A stretch of 64,000 nt of DNA from an uncultured Chloroflexia bacterium (lineage in GTDB: Bacteria > Chloroflexota > Limnocylindria > Limnocylindrales > CSP1-4), in assembly GCA_963776285.1 (NCBI GenBank), contig CAVZLW010000003.1:312129-376128 (forward strand). Direction: 5' to 3'. This document shows positions 20,783 through 29,876 of this stretch, piece by piece (the first letter of the stretch is position 1; every line of letters begins with the position of its first letter). The notes beneath the pieces were generated by a model, which saw nothing but the letters and a program-made list of their open reading frames with translations, was not told the origin of the DNA and did no database searches. The position numbers were made by a program, and so were the translations under genes.

Positions 20783-20825
20783 CGCGCCGCCGCCGGCGGC
20801 GGCGGTGCGGTGCGACGGCGACGGG

Positions 20826-21986
20826 TCAACCTCGGTGCGAGGCGCGGCGGCCAGCGCCGTTCCAGGCGGTCTGAGGGCGCCCGTTGTGGCGATCGCCCCA
20901 GGCTGAGCCGGACGACGAACCCGCGCCGGAGTGGCGATGGTGGTGGTTCGTGTCGGTGCTCTTCTCGCCGCACGAGCCGGAGCGGCCCCTGGCCACGAGG
21001 GCATAGGTGCCGTCCGCGTTCTTGACCAGGATCGCGGCAAACCCGACCTGCGTCGTGTCGAAGCGCACGACGAAGCCGTCGACGACCGTTCCGCGGGACT
21101 GCCCGACGCTGCCGCCGGCGCCCATCGACCAGCCGTGATGCCAGCCCTTGCCGCCCTGGGCCAGCCCGGCCTTGCCGGCGGGCCAGTCCCTGCTGGTTGC
21201 AGGCGCCCCGGTGGCCCCGTCGAACACGAGGTCGCCGGTCGCGGTCAGGTGATACCTGACCGAGACGGGGGTCCCGTCGCAGAGGTGGGCCGACCAGGTC
21301 CGAGCTCCGGCGAGGTCGGCGAGGGATCCCTGGAGCCGCTGGCGGTCCGCTCCGCTCAACGTGATCTTGAGGGATGCCGCCGAGTCCTTCGAATTGACGC
21401 TGACCGCGATGCGGAGGTGCTTGACGAACCCGGCGTGGGAGAAGGTGACGCCAGCCCGGGCCGACGCCGGCTGCTTGCCGCTCTTCGCCTTCGGCGCGTC
21501 GACGGCGGCGCTGACGCCCGGCGCCGCGTTCACGGCGCCGATCACGAGCGTCGGCTTGCCGGTGCCGTCGTCGCCGACGGTGTAGGCGACGGTCGAGGCC
21601 GTGCCGGTGCCGAAGACGTCGGCCTTCCAGGTCCCGCTTCCGACCAGGCCGGCGAGCGTCCTGGTCCGGGCGGCGATCGCGAGCTTCGAGCCGCCGGCCC
21701 TCACCTTGAGGGTCGCGCTTCCGTCGGCGTTGGAGAACTTCACGAGACCCGCGGAGGCCGAGGTCTGCGCGAGCGCGCCGGTCGGATTGAGGGTGACACC
21801 CGAGATGCCACCGGACGCGTCGAGCGTGACGCCGACGGTGAGCGAGGTGCCGAGCAGCGGCAGCGTCGCCTCCATGCCGCCCGTCTGGGCGATCGGTGCG
21901 TTGGTGGTGGCGGCCGCGGTGGCCGGTAGGACGATCATTCCCAGGGCCAGGATCCCGGCCGCGAGAACCGCGTGTCGTCGCTTCAT
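20826..21986 (-). CDS. secreted protein of unknown function (signal peptide; Gly/Thr/Ala-rich beta-rich body; His-rich C-terminal tail)
   Basis: ATG 21986 with GGAAGGAG upstream. MKRRHAVLAAGILALGMIVLPATAAA signal peptide. C-terminus ...TDTNHHHRHSG... Confidence 0.55.
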   Translation of the reverse strand: MKRRHAVLAAGILALGMIVLPATAAATTNAPIAQTGGMEATLPLLGTSLTVGVTLDASGGISGVTLNPTGALAQTSASAGLVKFSNADGSATLKVRAGGSKLAIAARTRTLAGLVGSGTWKADVFGTGTASTVAYTVGDDGTGKPTLVIGAVNAAPGVSAAVDAPKAKSGKQPASARAGVTFSHAGFVKHLRIAVSVNSKDSAASLKITLSGADRQRLQGSLADLAGARTWSAHLCDGTPVSVRYHLTATGDLVFDGATGAPATSRDWPAGKAGLAQGGKGWHHGWSMGAGGSVGQSRGTVVDGFVVRFDTTQVGFAAILVKNADGTYALVARGRSGSCGEKSTDTNHHHRHSGAGSSSGSAWGDRHNGRPQTAWNGAGRRASHRG

Positions 21987-22268
21987 CTGCCTCCTTCCGG
22001 GAGCGTCGTCCGCCGCGCGAGGGGCAGGCTCGACTCCGCGTGGTGCTGGCCCGGGCCCTCGGTGTGCGAGGCCCGGCTTCGGCGCGGTCGCCAGAGGGTA
22101 CCCCACATCCGCGACCTCGGCCCCGCAGCCGCCTGCCGCGCGGCCGCCTGCCGGCAGGCCTCCTTCCCCGCGAGTGCCGGGCGCCGTCCCGCCGCCCGGC
22201 TCGTCGCCGGGCTGTCCCGAGCCGCATAATCGGCCGCGACCATCCGCTCATCCGCAGCCGAGGATCCC

Positions 22269-23654
22269 GTGACGACCCCCAGCGCCGACCTCGAGGCCTT
22301 CCTGGCACGCACCGCCCAGCGTCGTCTGGACCGCTACCTGAACCTGCTGCGGATCCCCAGCATCAGCGGGATCCCCGGGCACGCCGCCGACTGCCGCCGG
22401 GCGGCCGAGCAGCTTGCCCGCGATCTTGCGTCAGTCGGCATGCAGAACGTCGAGGTCTGCGAGACCGGCGGACACCCGATCGTGTACGCCGACTGGCTCC
22501 ACGCCGAGGGTTCGCCGACCGTCCTGCTGTACGGGCACTACGACGTGCAGCCCGTCGATCCCCTCGACGAGTGGGAGGCCGCGCCGTTCGAGCCGATCGT
22601 GCGCGACGGGCGCGTGCTGGCGCGCGGGGCTTCCGACGACAAGTCGAACATCGCCATCGCCGTCGCGGCCGCGGAGGCCGTCCTTGCGACGAGCGGGCGC
22701 CTGCCCGTCAACCTCAAGCTTGTCTTCGAGGGCGAGGAGGAGTCCAGCTCGGTCCACCTGGACCCGTGGCTCGCGACGAACGCGGGACGCCTCGGCGCCG
22801 ACGTCGCGCTGGTGGCGGACTCGGGCTTCTTCGAGGGAAACGTCCCCGCCATCACGGTCGGGCTGCGGGGAATCTGCGCCGCCGAGATCCACGTCCGCGG
22901 GCCATTCCAGGACGTCCACTCCGGCGTCCACGGCGGGATGATCGACAACCCGATCAACGCGCTCGCGACGATCATCGCGGCGCTCAAGGGCCCCGACGGC
23001 CGGATCCGCATTCCGGGCTTTTACGACGACGTCGTCAGCCTGTCCGATGCCGACCGCGAGGAGCTCGCGGCTCTGCCTTTCGACGAGGAGGCGTACCGCG
23101 CCGGCCTCGACGTTCCGGCCCTGGCCGGAGAGACGGGCTGGACGACCCTGGAGCGCCGCGGGGCCCGCCCCACCTTCGACGTGAACGGGATCTGGGGCGG
23201 ATTCCAGGGCGAGGGAAGCAAGACGATCATCCCCGGGCGAGCGTCCGCCAAGGTGACCTGCCGGCTCGTCGCGGACCAGGACCCCGATCGGATCTTCGGC
23301 CTCCTCAGGGACCACGTCCTCGCGATCGCCCCGCCCGGCGTCCGCGTCGATGTCGTCTCCCTGGGCGGAGGGCGTCCGATGCTGACGCCCACGGACAGCC
23401 CGGCCTCGCGCGCCTTCGCGCGGGCGCTCGAGGCGACCTTCGGCCGGGCCCCGGTGTATGTCCGCGAGGGAGGCTCGATCCCCGTGGCGGCCAGCTTCGC
23501 CTCCATCGTGGGCCTCCCCGTGACGGTCGTGGGGTTCATGCCGCCGAACGGCAGCTTCCATGCCCCGAACGAGTGGATGGACCTCGCCAACTTCGAGGGC
23601 GGCATCCGCACGCTGGTGCTCTTCTTCGAGGAGTTCGCGGCCAGCGCCGCCTGA
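22269..23654 (+). CDS. M20-family dipeptidase (ArgE/DapE/ACY1/CPG2-like)
   Basis: GTG 22269. ...LLYGHYDVQP..., ...ARGASDDKSNIA..., ...FEGEEE... metal-ligand motifs of M20A peptidases. Confidence 0.85.
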   Translation: MTTPSADLEAFLARTAQRRLDRYLNLLRIPSISGIPGHAADCRRAAEQLARDLASVGMQNVEVCETGGHPIVYADWLHAEGSPTVLLYGHYDVQPVDPLDEWEAAPFEPIVRDGRVLARGASDDKSNIAIAVAAAEAVLATSGRLPVNLKLVFEGEEESSSVHLDPWLATNAGRLGADVALVADSGFFEGNVPAITVGLRGICAAEIHVRGPFQDVHSGVHGGMIDNPINALATIIAALKGPDGRIRIPGFYDDVVSLSDADREELAALPFDEEAYRAGLDVPALAGETGWTTLERRGARPTFDVNGIWGGFQGEGSKTIIPGRASAKVTCRLVADQDPDRIFGLLRDHVLAIAPPGVRVDVVSLGGGRPMLTPTDSPASRAFARALEATFGRAPVYVREGGSIPVAASFASIVGLPVTVVGFMPPNGSFHAPNEWMDLANFEGGIRTLVLFFEEFAASAA

Positions 23655-23791
23655 GGGCCCGGCCCCTCCGAGCGGGCGGCCGGGTGGGCGCGGATGGTAC
23701 TCCGGTAGGGTGTTCGGCGCCCGCCCGGGTGCTAGGATCCCGGTGCGGGGGCCTGCCCCGTCGTCCGCCACGCCAGGGAGCGAGTGCACCC

Positions 23792-24880
23792 GTGAGCACC
23801 GACATCGAGAAGCCCGCCGCCCGCGGGCCGAAGACCCAGTGGCGTCTCGACGCCGACACCGGGAGCCTGGTGCCCCGTTCGGCGCTCGACGTCCTGGTCA
23901 ACCTCAACGACCGGATCACGTCCGGCGACCTTGCCGACTACCAGGCGATCCCGCTCGGCTTCACGCCGCTCGACAAGACGATCGGCACGGGCCTCCGACC
24001 CGGCGAGCTACTGCTCATCGGCGGTGCGCAGGGAACGGGCAAGACGACGATGGCCCTCCAGATGGCGCGCAACGTCGCCTCGGGCGGCCAGGCCAACGTC
24101 CTCTACATCTGCTTCGAGCACGAGGAGCACTACCTCCTCAATCGGCTGATCGCCATGGAGTCGGCGCTGGCCCACCTGCCGCACAAGACGGGTGCGATCA
24201 AGATCCAGGACGTGCGCCGCGAGATCCTCGGCTCCTGGGTCGCCGAGGGGCAGGGGGGCGTCGGCCCGCAGCTGGCGGCGAACCCACGGCTGCGCCCCAG
24301 CCTCGACCGGATCGGACGCTACGGCCAGAACCTGTTCCTCATGCGCGGGACCCAGACGGCGAGCACGGTGGACAACATCCGGAAGCTCGTCCAGCTGCAC
24401 AAGGACCTCTCGGGCGGGCGCCAGCTGATGGTCTTCGTGGACTACCTCCAGAAGGTGCCGATGATCCCGGAGCCGAGCACGGAGACGGAGAAGGTCACCA
24501 TCGTGGTCAACGGCCTCAAGGACATCGCGCTCGCCGAGCAGGTCGGCATGGTCGCGATCGTGGCCGCCGACAAGGAGGGGCTGAAGGCGTCGCGCCTGCG
24601 CAACCACCACCTGCGCGGCTCGTCGGCCATCAACTACGAAGCCGACATCATCCTGATCATGAACGAGAAGTACCACATCGTCGCCAAGGTCAACATCGAG
24701 TTCAACCCGTACCAGGCGCAGCGCTTCCGCGACTGGGTGGTGGTGTCCGTCGAGAAGAACCGCGGGGGCCAGGACAACGTGGACCTGGAGTTCGAGAAGC
24801 ACTTCGAGTTCTCGTGCTTCGATCCGAGCGGCCGGACCGTGCAGGAGAAGCTCATCGAGGAGCGGCTCTACAACGACTGA
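23792..24880 (+). CDS. stand-alone DnaB-helicase C-terminal-domain (RecA-fold) ATPase, about 360 aa, with no DnaB N-terminal domain
   Basis: GTG 23792 with GGGAG upstream. ...GFTPLDKTIGTGLRPGELLLIGGAQGTGKTTMALQMA... (DnaB-C Walker A), ...MVFVDYLQK... (Walker B). Confidence 0.7.
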   Translation: MSTDIEKPAARGPKTQWRLDADTGSLVPRSALDVLVNLNDRITSGDLADYQAIPLGFTPLDKTIGTGLRPGELLLIGGAQGTGKTTMALQMARNVASGGQANVLYICFEHEEHYLLNRLIAMESALAHLPHKTGAIKIQDVRREILGSWVAEGQGGVGPQLAANPRLRPSLDRIGRYGQNLFLMRGTQTASTVDNIRKLVQLHKDLSGGRQLMVFVDYLQKVPMIPEPSTETEKVTIVVNGLKDIALAEQVGMVAIVAADKEGLKASRLRNHHLRGSSAINYEADIILIMNEKYHIVAKVNIEFNPYQAQRFRDWVVVSVEKNRGGQDNVDLEFEKHFEFSCFDPSGRTVQEKLIEERLYND

Positions 24881-24956
24881 GGGCCTGTATATGAAATGGC
24901 CACCCCAGGCCAAGTGCGATCCAACCATCGAAGGGTTGGTACGCGAAGGCCGAGGA

Positions 24957-25958
24957 CTACGTGCGGAGGCGGCGGAGTATCACCTCGAAACCAACGAGGT
25001 CGTAGCCGATGGCGCGACCTAGCCGAAGGTGGAGAACGGGCAAGATCTTCTGGCGGACTACGGAGTCTCGTTCCGCAAGCCGACCAAGCGAGGATCCCAA
25101 GTCAACGGCTCGAAAGCGGTCTCGCTCCTGTTCGAGCATTTCGATCAGGCGGTCCAAGGAGGCACCATCACCGAGGTCAGCGAGCGAGCATGCAGCCTTT
25201 GTTCGGACGCTCGGATCGGGATCGCTCAGGCGCTCGCGCAGCGCCTCGAGGATGGGGGCGGTCGGCTTCGAGCCACCGAGCAAGGACGCGGCCTCGGCTC
25301 GGCGATCCGGTCGCGCGTCGTTGAGGCGGGCCAGGTTGGCTTCGGTCCGCTTCGGTCCCTGTGCCGGCCGGACTTCCTCGTCGCGCCCGTGCATCCACTC
25401 CCGCGCCTTCTCCACGCGAGCCGTGAACTCCTGCTGCTGCTCGATGGTGCCGTCAACCGCGTTCATCAGGACGCCGACCTCGTCGAGTTCGACCCACGTC
25501 CATCCGCGCTGCTGCAAGAACTTGGCGTCCAGCATCACCCGCTCCGTCGCATGGTGCTCGATCGCAGGAAGCCCCACGGTCAGAAGTGCCGTTCGGACTT
25601 CCTCCGCTAGGGGGATGAGGCTGGCATCCGTGGCGTCACTCCTGATCTCCCACCAGAGGTCGCGACCGGCAACCAACTCGCCCAGCCGTGTGCGCCACTG
25701 GCACTCAACCTCGTGCGGGGGCCGGTTCGGGTCCTTCCCGCGGGACTCCAGGACGATCGCCGATGCCGACCCCAGGTTGATCGTGAAGGTGGCGCGCTCC
25801 GCGGAGTCCCACTGGCTCCGCTGCATGTTCACCACGCCCCAGTTTCGGTCGAGAAGGCGGTGAAACGTCTGACCCGAACCCTTGTAGCCCGCTTCACGGA
25901 GGGCTGGGGCGATGTGCTCCCGCAACCACACGGCCAGGATCTGCTGCGCGGTGTCCAC
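24957..25958 (-). CDS. DUF4304-domain protein with C-terminal HEAT/PBS-lyase-like repeats (passenger gene inside the IS-like element)
   Basis: N-terminus ...REAGYKGSGQTFHRLLDRNWGVVNMQRSQWDSAERATFTINLG... matches the DUF4304 signature. C-terminus ...LSDPDPSVRTKAACSLADLGDGASLDRLIEMLEQ... is HEAT-like. Confidence 0.6.
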   Translation of the reverse strand: MDTAQQILAVWLREHIAPALREAGYKGSGQTFHRLLDRNWGVVNMQRSQWDSAERATFTINLGSASAIVLESRGKDPNRPPHEVECQWRTRLGELVAGRDLWWEIRSDATDASLIPLAEEVRTALLTVGLPAIEHHATERVMLDAKFLQQRGWTWVELDEVGVLMNAVDGTIEQQQEFTARVEKAREWMHGRDEEVRPAQGPKRTEANLARLNDARPDRRAEAASLLGGSKPTAPILEALRERLSDPDPSVRTKAACSLADLGDGASLDRLIEMLEQERDRFRAVDLGSSLGRLAERDSVVRQKILPVLHLRLGRAIGYDLVGFEVILRRLRT

Positions 25959-26037
25959 GGATCCGATGCTACGGCACGGCGATCAGACCGGCGCGGCAAC
26001 CTAGCCTCGCCGAGAACGAAAGGCGATGCCGCCTCGG

Positions 26038-26808
26038 CTACACCCGCCCGAGCATGTAGCCGACACAGGCGACTTCAAGCCAGGCACGAGCGCTCTCCGC
26101 GGATCCCTCGAAGCAGCGAGACAGCCTGCGCCAGCGACCAAGTTGCGCGAAGGTCGTTTCGACCCGCCAGACCAGCGGGAGCGGCTTGAACCCGACCGTC
26201 CCGGGAGCGCGCGACCTGACCTGGAAGGACGCCGCGTTGTGGCGGCGGGCGGCGGTGTCGAGGCCCTTGTACCCGCCATCCGCGAGCACGAGCGAGACGC
26301 GGGACATGCCCGGCAGGACCTGGCGGAGGAGCGTCCGCCCGGCCGTGATGTCGGCCGGCCGGGCCGAGTCCACGCGCGCCGCGATCGGCAATCCGAGCCG
26401 CTCAACGAGGATCGTTCGTTTCGATCCGTTTGTCCGGCCGCCGCGACCGCCTGCCTCGTGGAACGTTGGTCCGGCTCGACCACCTCGCACGGTCTGCGCG
26501 TCGATCACCACCATCGAAGGCAACGCCTCGCGTGAGTGCTTGACCCGGATGTGTCCGGCCAAGAGGGTCATCGCCCGCGCCCAGACGCCGTTGTCGCGCC
26601 ACCGACACCACTGCTGCCAGACAGCACCCCAGGGCCCGAATCGTTCAGGCAGGTAGCGCCACTGACACCCGGTCCGCGCGAGGAAGAGCATGGCATCGAC
26701 CATCTGCCGCCGGTCGGTCGTTGCCGGCGCACCTCGTCGGCCGGGTGGATCGAACAGGTGCGAGACGAGATTCCAGCCCTCGTTGGTGATCGCAATGGAG
26801 TAGGCCAT
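26038..26808 (-). CDS. IS5-family transposase (DUF4096 N-terminal + DDE_Tnp_1 catalytic domain; IS1031/IS427-group-like)
   Basis: ATG 26808. ...EGWNLVSHLFDPP...DRRQMVDAMLFLARTGCQWRYLPERFGPWGAVWQQWCRWRDNGVW... is the IS5-family N-terminal signature. Single ORF with no frameshift. Confidence 0.8.
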   Translation of the reverse strand: MAYSIAITNEGWNLVSHLFDPPGRRGAPATTDRRQMVDAMLFLARTGCQWRYLPERFGPWGAVWQQWCRWRDNGVWARAMTLLAGHIRVKHSREALPSMVVIDAQTVRGGRAGPTFHEAGGRGGRTNGSKRTILVERLGLPIAARVDSARPADITAGRTLLRQVLPGMSRVSLVLADGGYKGLDTAARRHNAASFQVRSRAPGTVGFKPLPLVWRVETTFAQLGRWRRLSRCFEGSAESARAWLEVACVGYMLGRV

Positions 26809-26972
26809 GGATCGAGCGTGCGGTCCGGAGCCCCCTCGCGCAAGGCCCCATCGTGACCAATCGAGCACGAACTTTCATACACAGGGCCTGAGCGGCGGGT
26901 CCGCCCGGCGGCCGGATGGCGCTCCCGGCAGCGAGGGTTCCCGGCCCGCGCCGGGTGCCGTATCGTTGGCGC

Positions 26973-27497
26973 ATGAGCATCGAGCTTCGGGCCGCCTTTC
27001 CCGACATCGTCGAGATCGTGGTCGAGATCCCCCGCGGCAGCCGCAACAAGTACGAGTTCGATGAGGAAGCCGGCGTCTTCCGGCTCAACCGGGTCCTCTC
27101 CTCGGCCGTCTTCTACAACTTCGACTACGGCTTCATCGAGGGAACGCGGGCCGACGACGGCGACCACACCGATGCCCTGCTGGTGATCGACGAGCCGACA
27201 TTCACGGGCTGCCACGTGTGGGGCCGCCCGATCGGTGGCCTCGAGATGCGCGACGAGATGGGCTTCGACTTCAAGGTCCTGTGCGTCGCCCTCGGGGACC
27301 CGCACCAGTCCCACATCGAGCGCCTCGAGCAGGCGCGGCCGCACCGCCTCGTCGAGATCGAGCACTTCTTCGAAACGTACAAGATGCTGGAGAACAAGGC
27401 CACCGAGGTCGTCGGCTGGCGCGAGCGGGAGCGCGCCCACGAGGTCCTTCGCGCCGACCGCGCGGCGTGGCACCGGGAGCGGGCCGACGGCCGCTGA
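26973..27497 (+). CDS. ppa: inorganic pyrophosphatase
   Basis: ATG 26973. ...EIPRGSRNKYEFDEEAGVFRLNRVL..., ...DGDHTDALLV... family-I PPase motifs. Confidence 0.9.
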   Translation: MSIELRAAFPDIVEIVVEIPRGSRNKYEFDEEAGVFRLNRVLSSAVFYNFDYGFIEGTRADDGDHTDALLVIDEPTFTGCHVWGRPIGGLEMRDEMGFDFKVLCVALGDPHQSHIERLEQARPHRLVEIEHFFETYKMLENKATEVVGWRERERAHEVLRADRAAWHRERADGR

Positions 27498-27546
27498 GCA
27501 GCGGGGCGGGGGGCGCTGGCGCCACCCCCCCGGCGACCCCGGCGAC

Positions 27547-28152
27547 CTGCGGGTCTTCGTGGCGCTGCCGCTCGGCGACGACGCCCGCCTGGCCGTCCGC
27601 GCCCTTGTCGACACCCTCGCCTCCCAGCCGAGCGTGCCAGCAGCCGGACGGCTCCGCTGGGCCGTGACGGACAACCTCCACCTGACGCTCCGCTTCCTGG
27701 GCCCCACCGCCCCGACCCGGGTCGCCGACGTCGCGGCAGCCGCCGGGGCTGCGGCCCGGCGCACGGCCCCTTTCGAGGTTCGGCTCGGCGGGGCCGGGGC
27801 CTTCCCGGAGGCGGCGCGGCCGCGGGTCGTCTGGCTGGGCATCGCGACCGGGGTCCCGGAGCTGACGGCGCTCGCGGCGGAGCTCGGCGACGAGCTGGCC
27901 GAGCGCGGCTGGGCCCGCGACGAGCGTCCCTTCCGGGTCCACCTCACGCTGGCCCGGGCCGACGGGATCGCGGGCGCCGGACGCGCCGTCGCAGCGCTCC
28001 AGGAGGCCTCGGTCGGGCTCGACGCGGCGTGGACCGCAGATCGGCTCGTGGTCTACCAGAGCGGGCTGGGCAGCGGCCCGGCCCGCTACCGCCCCCTGTG
28101 GACGGCGCCGTTCGGGACCGACGCCTTGCCGGCACGCGACGGGCTGGGGTAG
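27547..28152 (+). CDS. thpR: RNA 2',3'-cyclic phosphodiesterase (2H phosphoesterase, LigT/ThpR)
   Basis: Two H-x-T-x motifs (HLTLRFLG and HLTLAR). Start uncertain (CTG 27547 or GTG 27559). Confidence 0.7.
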   Translation: MRVFVALPLGDDARLAVRALVDTLASQPSVPAAGRLRWAVTDNLHLTLRFLGPTAPTRVADVAAAAGAAARRTAPFEVRLGGAGAFPEAARPRVVWLGIATGVPELTALAAELGDELAERGWARDERPFRVHLTLARADGIAGAGRAVAALQEASVGLDAAWTADRLVVYQSGLGSGPARYRPLWTAPFGTDALPARDGLG

Positions 28153-28220
28153 CCTCCACACCCGGCCATGATTCAGCGGCCCGCTGCACCACGCTCCCGA
28201 CCTGCCCCAGGAGGCGACCT

Positions 28221-29585
28221 GTGACGACCGACCGGACGAAGTTCGTGCTCGACGAGGACCGCATCCCGCGGTCCTGGTACAACATCGTCGCGGACCTACC
28301 GGTCCCGCCGGCGCCGGTGCTCCACCCGGCCACCGGTCAGCCGATCGGTCCGGCCGACCTGGCCCCGCTCTTCCCGATGGCCCTCATCCTGCAGGAGGTC
28401 AGCGCGGAGCGGGCGATCGAGATCCCGGATCCCGTGCGGGAGGCGTATCGACTCTACCGGCCGAGCCCTCTCTACCGCGCCCGTCGCCTGGAGAGGGCCC
28501 TCGATACGCCGGCCCACATCTACTACAAGTACGAGGGCGTCAGCCCCGGCGGAAGCCACAAGCCGAACACGGCGATCGCCCAGGCCTTCTACAACAAGCA
28601 GGAAGGTGTCACCCGCCTCGCGACGGAGACGGGCGCCGGCCAGTGGGGCACGAGCCTCGCCCTGGCGGGGGCACTCTTCGGCCTCGACGTCAAGGTCTAC
28701 ATGGTCCGGGCCAGCTACGACCAGAAGCCGTACCGGCGGATGCTCATGGAGACCTACGGAGCCGAGGTGGTGGCCAGCCCATCGCCCACGACGCACTACG
28801 GGCGTGCCGTCCTCGAGGCCACGCCAGACAACCCCGGTTCGCTGGGGATCGCGATCAGCGAGGCGGTCGAGGACGCCGCGACGCGCGACGACACCAAGTA
28901 CTCGCTGGGCTCGGTCCTGAATCACGTCCTTCTCCACCAGACGGTCGTCGGGCAGGAGGCGATCCTGCAGATGGAGATGGCGGGCGAGAAGCCGGACATC
29001 CTCATCGGCTGCACCGGCGGCGGTTCCAACTTCGCGGGCCTGACGTTCCCGTTCCTGGGCCAGAAGCTGCGCGGCGAGGCCGACTACCGGGTCATCGCCG
29101 TCGAGCCGGAGGCGGCCCCTTCGCTGACGCGTGGGGTCTACGCCTACGACTTCGGGGACACGGCACGGCTCACGCCGATGGTCAAGATGCACACGCTGGG
29201 CCATGACTTCATCCCGGAGCCGATCCATGCCGGCGGCCTCCGCTATCACGGCATGGCGCCCCTGGTCAGCCTGCTCAAGGACCAGGGGCTCATCGAGGCG
29301 CGAGCCGTCCACCAGAACCCCAGCTTCGCCGCCGGCGTCCAGTTCGCCCGCACGGAGGGGATCCTGCCGGCGCCGGAGGCGAACCATGCGATCCGCGCCG
29401 CGATCGACGAGGCGCTTCTCGCGCGCGAGGCGGGCACGCCCCGCGTGATCCTGTTCAACCTCTCCGGTCACGGGCATTTCGACCTGGCGGCGTACGAGCG
29501 GTACCTTGCCGCGGACCTCGAGGACTTCGAATACCCGGCGGACGAGGTGGCGGCCGCCCTGGCGGCGCTGCCGGTCGTCGTCTGA
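28221..29585 (+). CDS. trpB: TrpB-like PLP-dependent enzyme (tryptophan synthase beta chain, TrpB2 clade)
   Basis: GTG 28221 with GGAGG upstream. ...[17 protein letters not shown]... (PLP-Lys motif), ...[13 protein letters not shown]... Confidence 0.85.
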   Translation: MTTDRTKFVLDEDRIPRSWYNIVADLPVPPAPVLHPATGQPIGPADLAPLFPMALILQEVSAERAIEIPDPVREAYRLYRPSPLYRARRLERALDTPAHIYYKYEGVSPGGSHKPNTAIAQAFYNKQEGVTRLATETGAGQWGTSLALAGALFGLDVKVYMVRASYDQKPYRRMLMETYGAEVVASPSPTTHYGRAVLEATPDNPGSLGIAISEAVEDAATRDDTKYSLGSVLNHVLLHQTVVGQEAILQMEMAGEKPDILIGCTGGGSNFAGLTFPFLGQKLRGEADYRVIAVEPEAAPSLTRGVYAYDFGDTARLTPMVKMHTLGHDFIPEPIHAGGLRYHGMAPLVSLLKDQGLIEARAVHQNPSFAAGVQFARTEGILPAPEANHAIRAAIDEALLAREAGTPRVILFNLSGHGHFDLAAYERYLAADLEDFEYPADEVAAALAALPVVV

Positions 29586-29625
29586 GCCGGGTCGGAGGTC
29601 ACCTGCGACGGCGTAGGATGGGGTC

Positions 29626-29871
29626 ATGCCCCGCCTTGCGTGCTGGAGCTGTGGCCGCCAGGTCTACGCGACCTCACCGGTCGAATCCCTGTTCGTCGAC
29701 GAGCGCCGCTGCCCGAGGTGCGGCGCCCGGATGAACCTCGATCGCCGGGCCGAGGAGCGACGCGAGATGGTGCGGCGCAAGAACCCGCCCGACAACCCTG
29801 GTCCGCCGGGCGGCATCGGCGAGCGGCGGGTCGCGGAGCGCCGGCGCGGCCCGCGTCGTCGGTCGTCCTGA
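29626..29871 (+). CDS. small zinc-ribbon protein (C-x2-C ... C-x2-C), hypothetical
   Basis: MPRLACWSCGRQVYATSPVESLFVDERRCPRCGARM... Stop lies 5 nt before the tyrA start. The arginine-rich C-terminus lowers confidence. Confidence 0.4.
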   Translation: MPRLACWSCGRQVYATSPVESLFVDERRCPRCGARMNLDRRAEERREMVRRKNPPDNPGPPGGIGERRVAERRRGPRRRSS

Positions 29872-29876
29872 CGCCC

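Larger units (their letters stand above)
24881..26888. mobile_element. IS5-family insertion element (about 2.0 kb) carrying a transposase plus a passenger gene, flanked by a 3-bp TGA direct repeat
   Basis: Left end gggcctgtatatgaaa (24881-24896) versus reverse complement of the right end ggccctgtgtatgaaa (26873-26888): 14/16 match. TGA at 24878-24880 and 26889-26891. Internal GC is visibly lower than the flanks. Confidence 0.55.

Noticed and set aside
25959-26037. Internal inverted repeat that would limit the IS to the transposase alone
   Set aside because: No sequence resembling the terminal IR (tttcatacacagggcc or its complement) was found between the DUF4304 gene and the transposase. The only matching IR partner is at 24881-24896.
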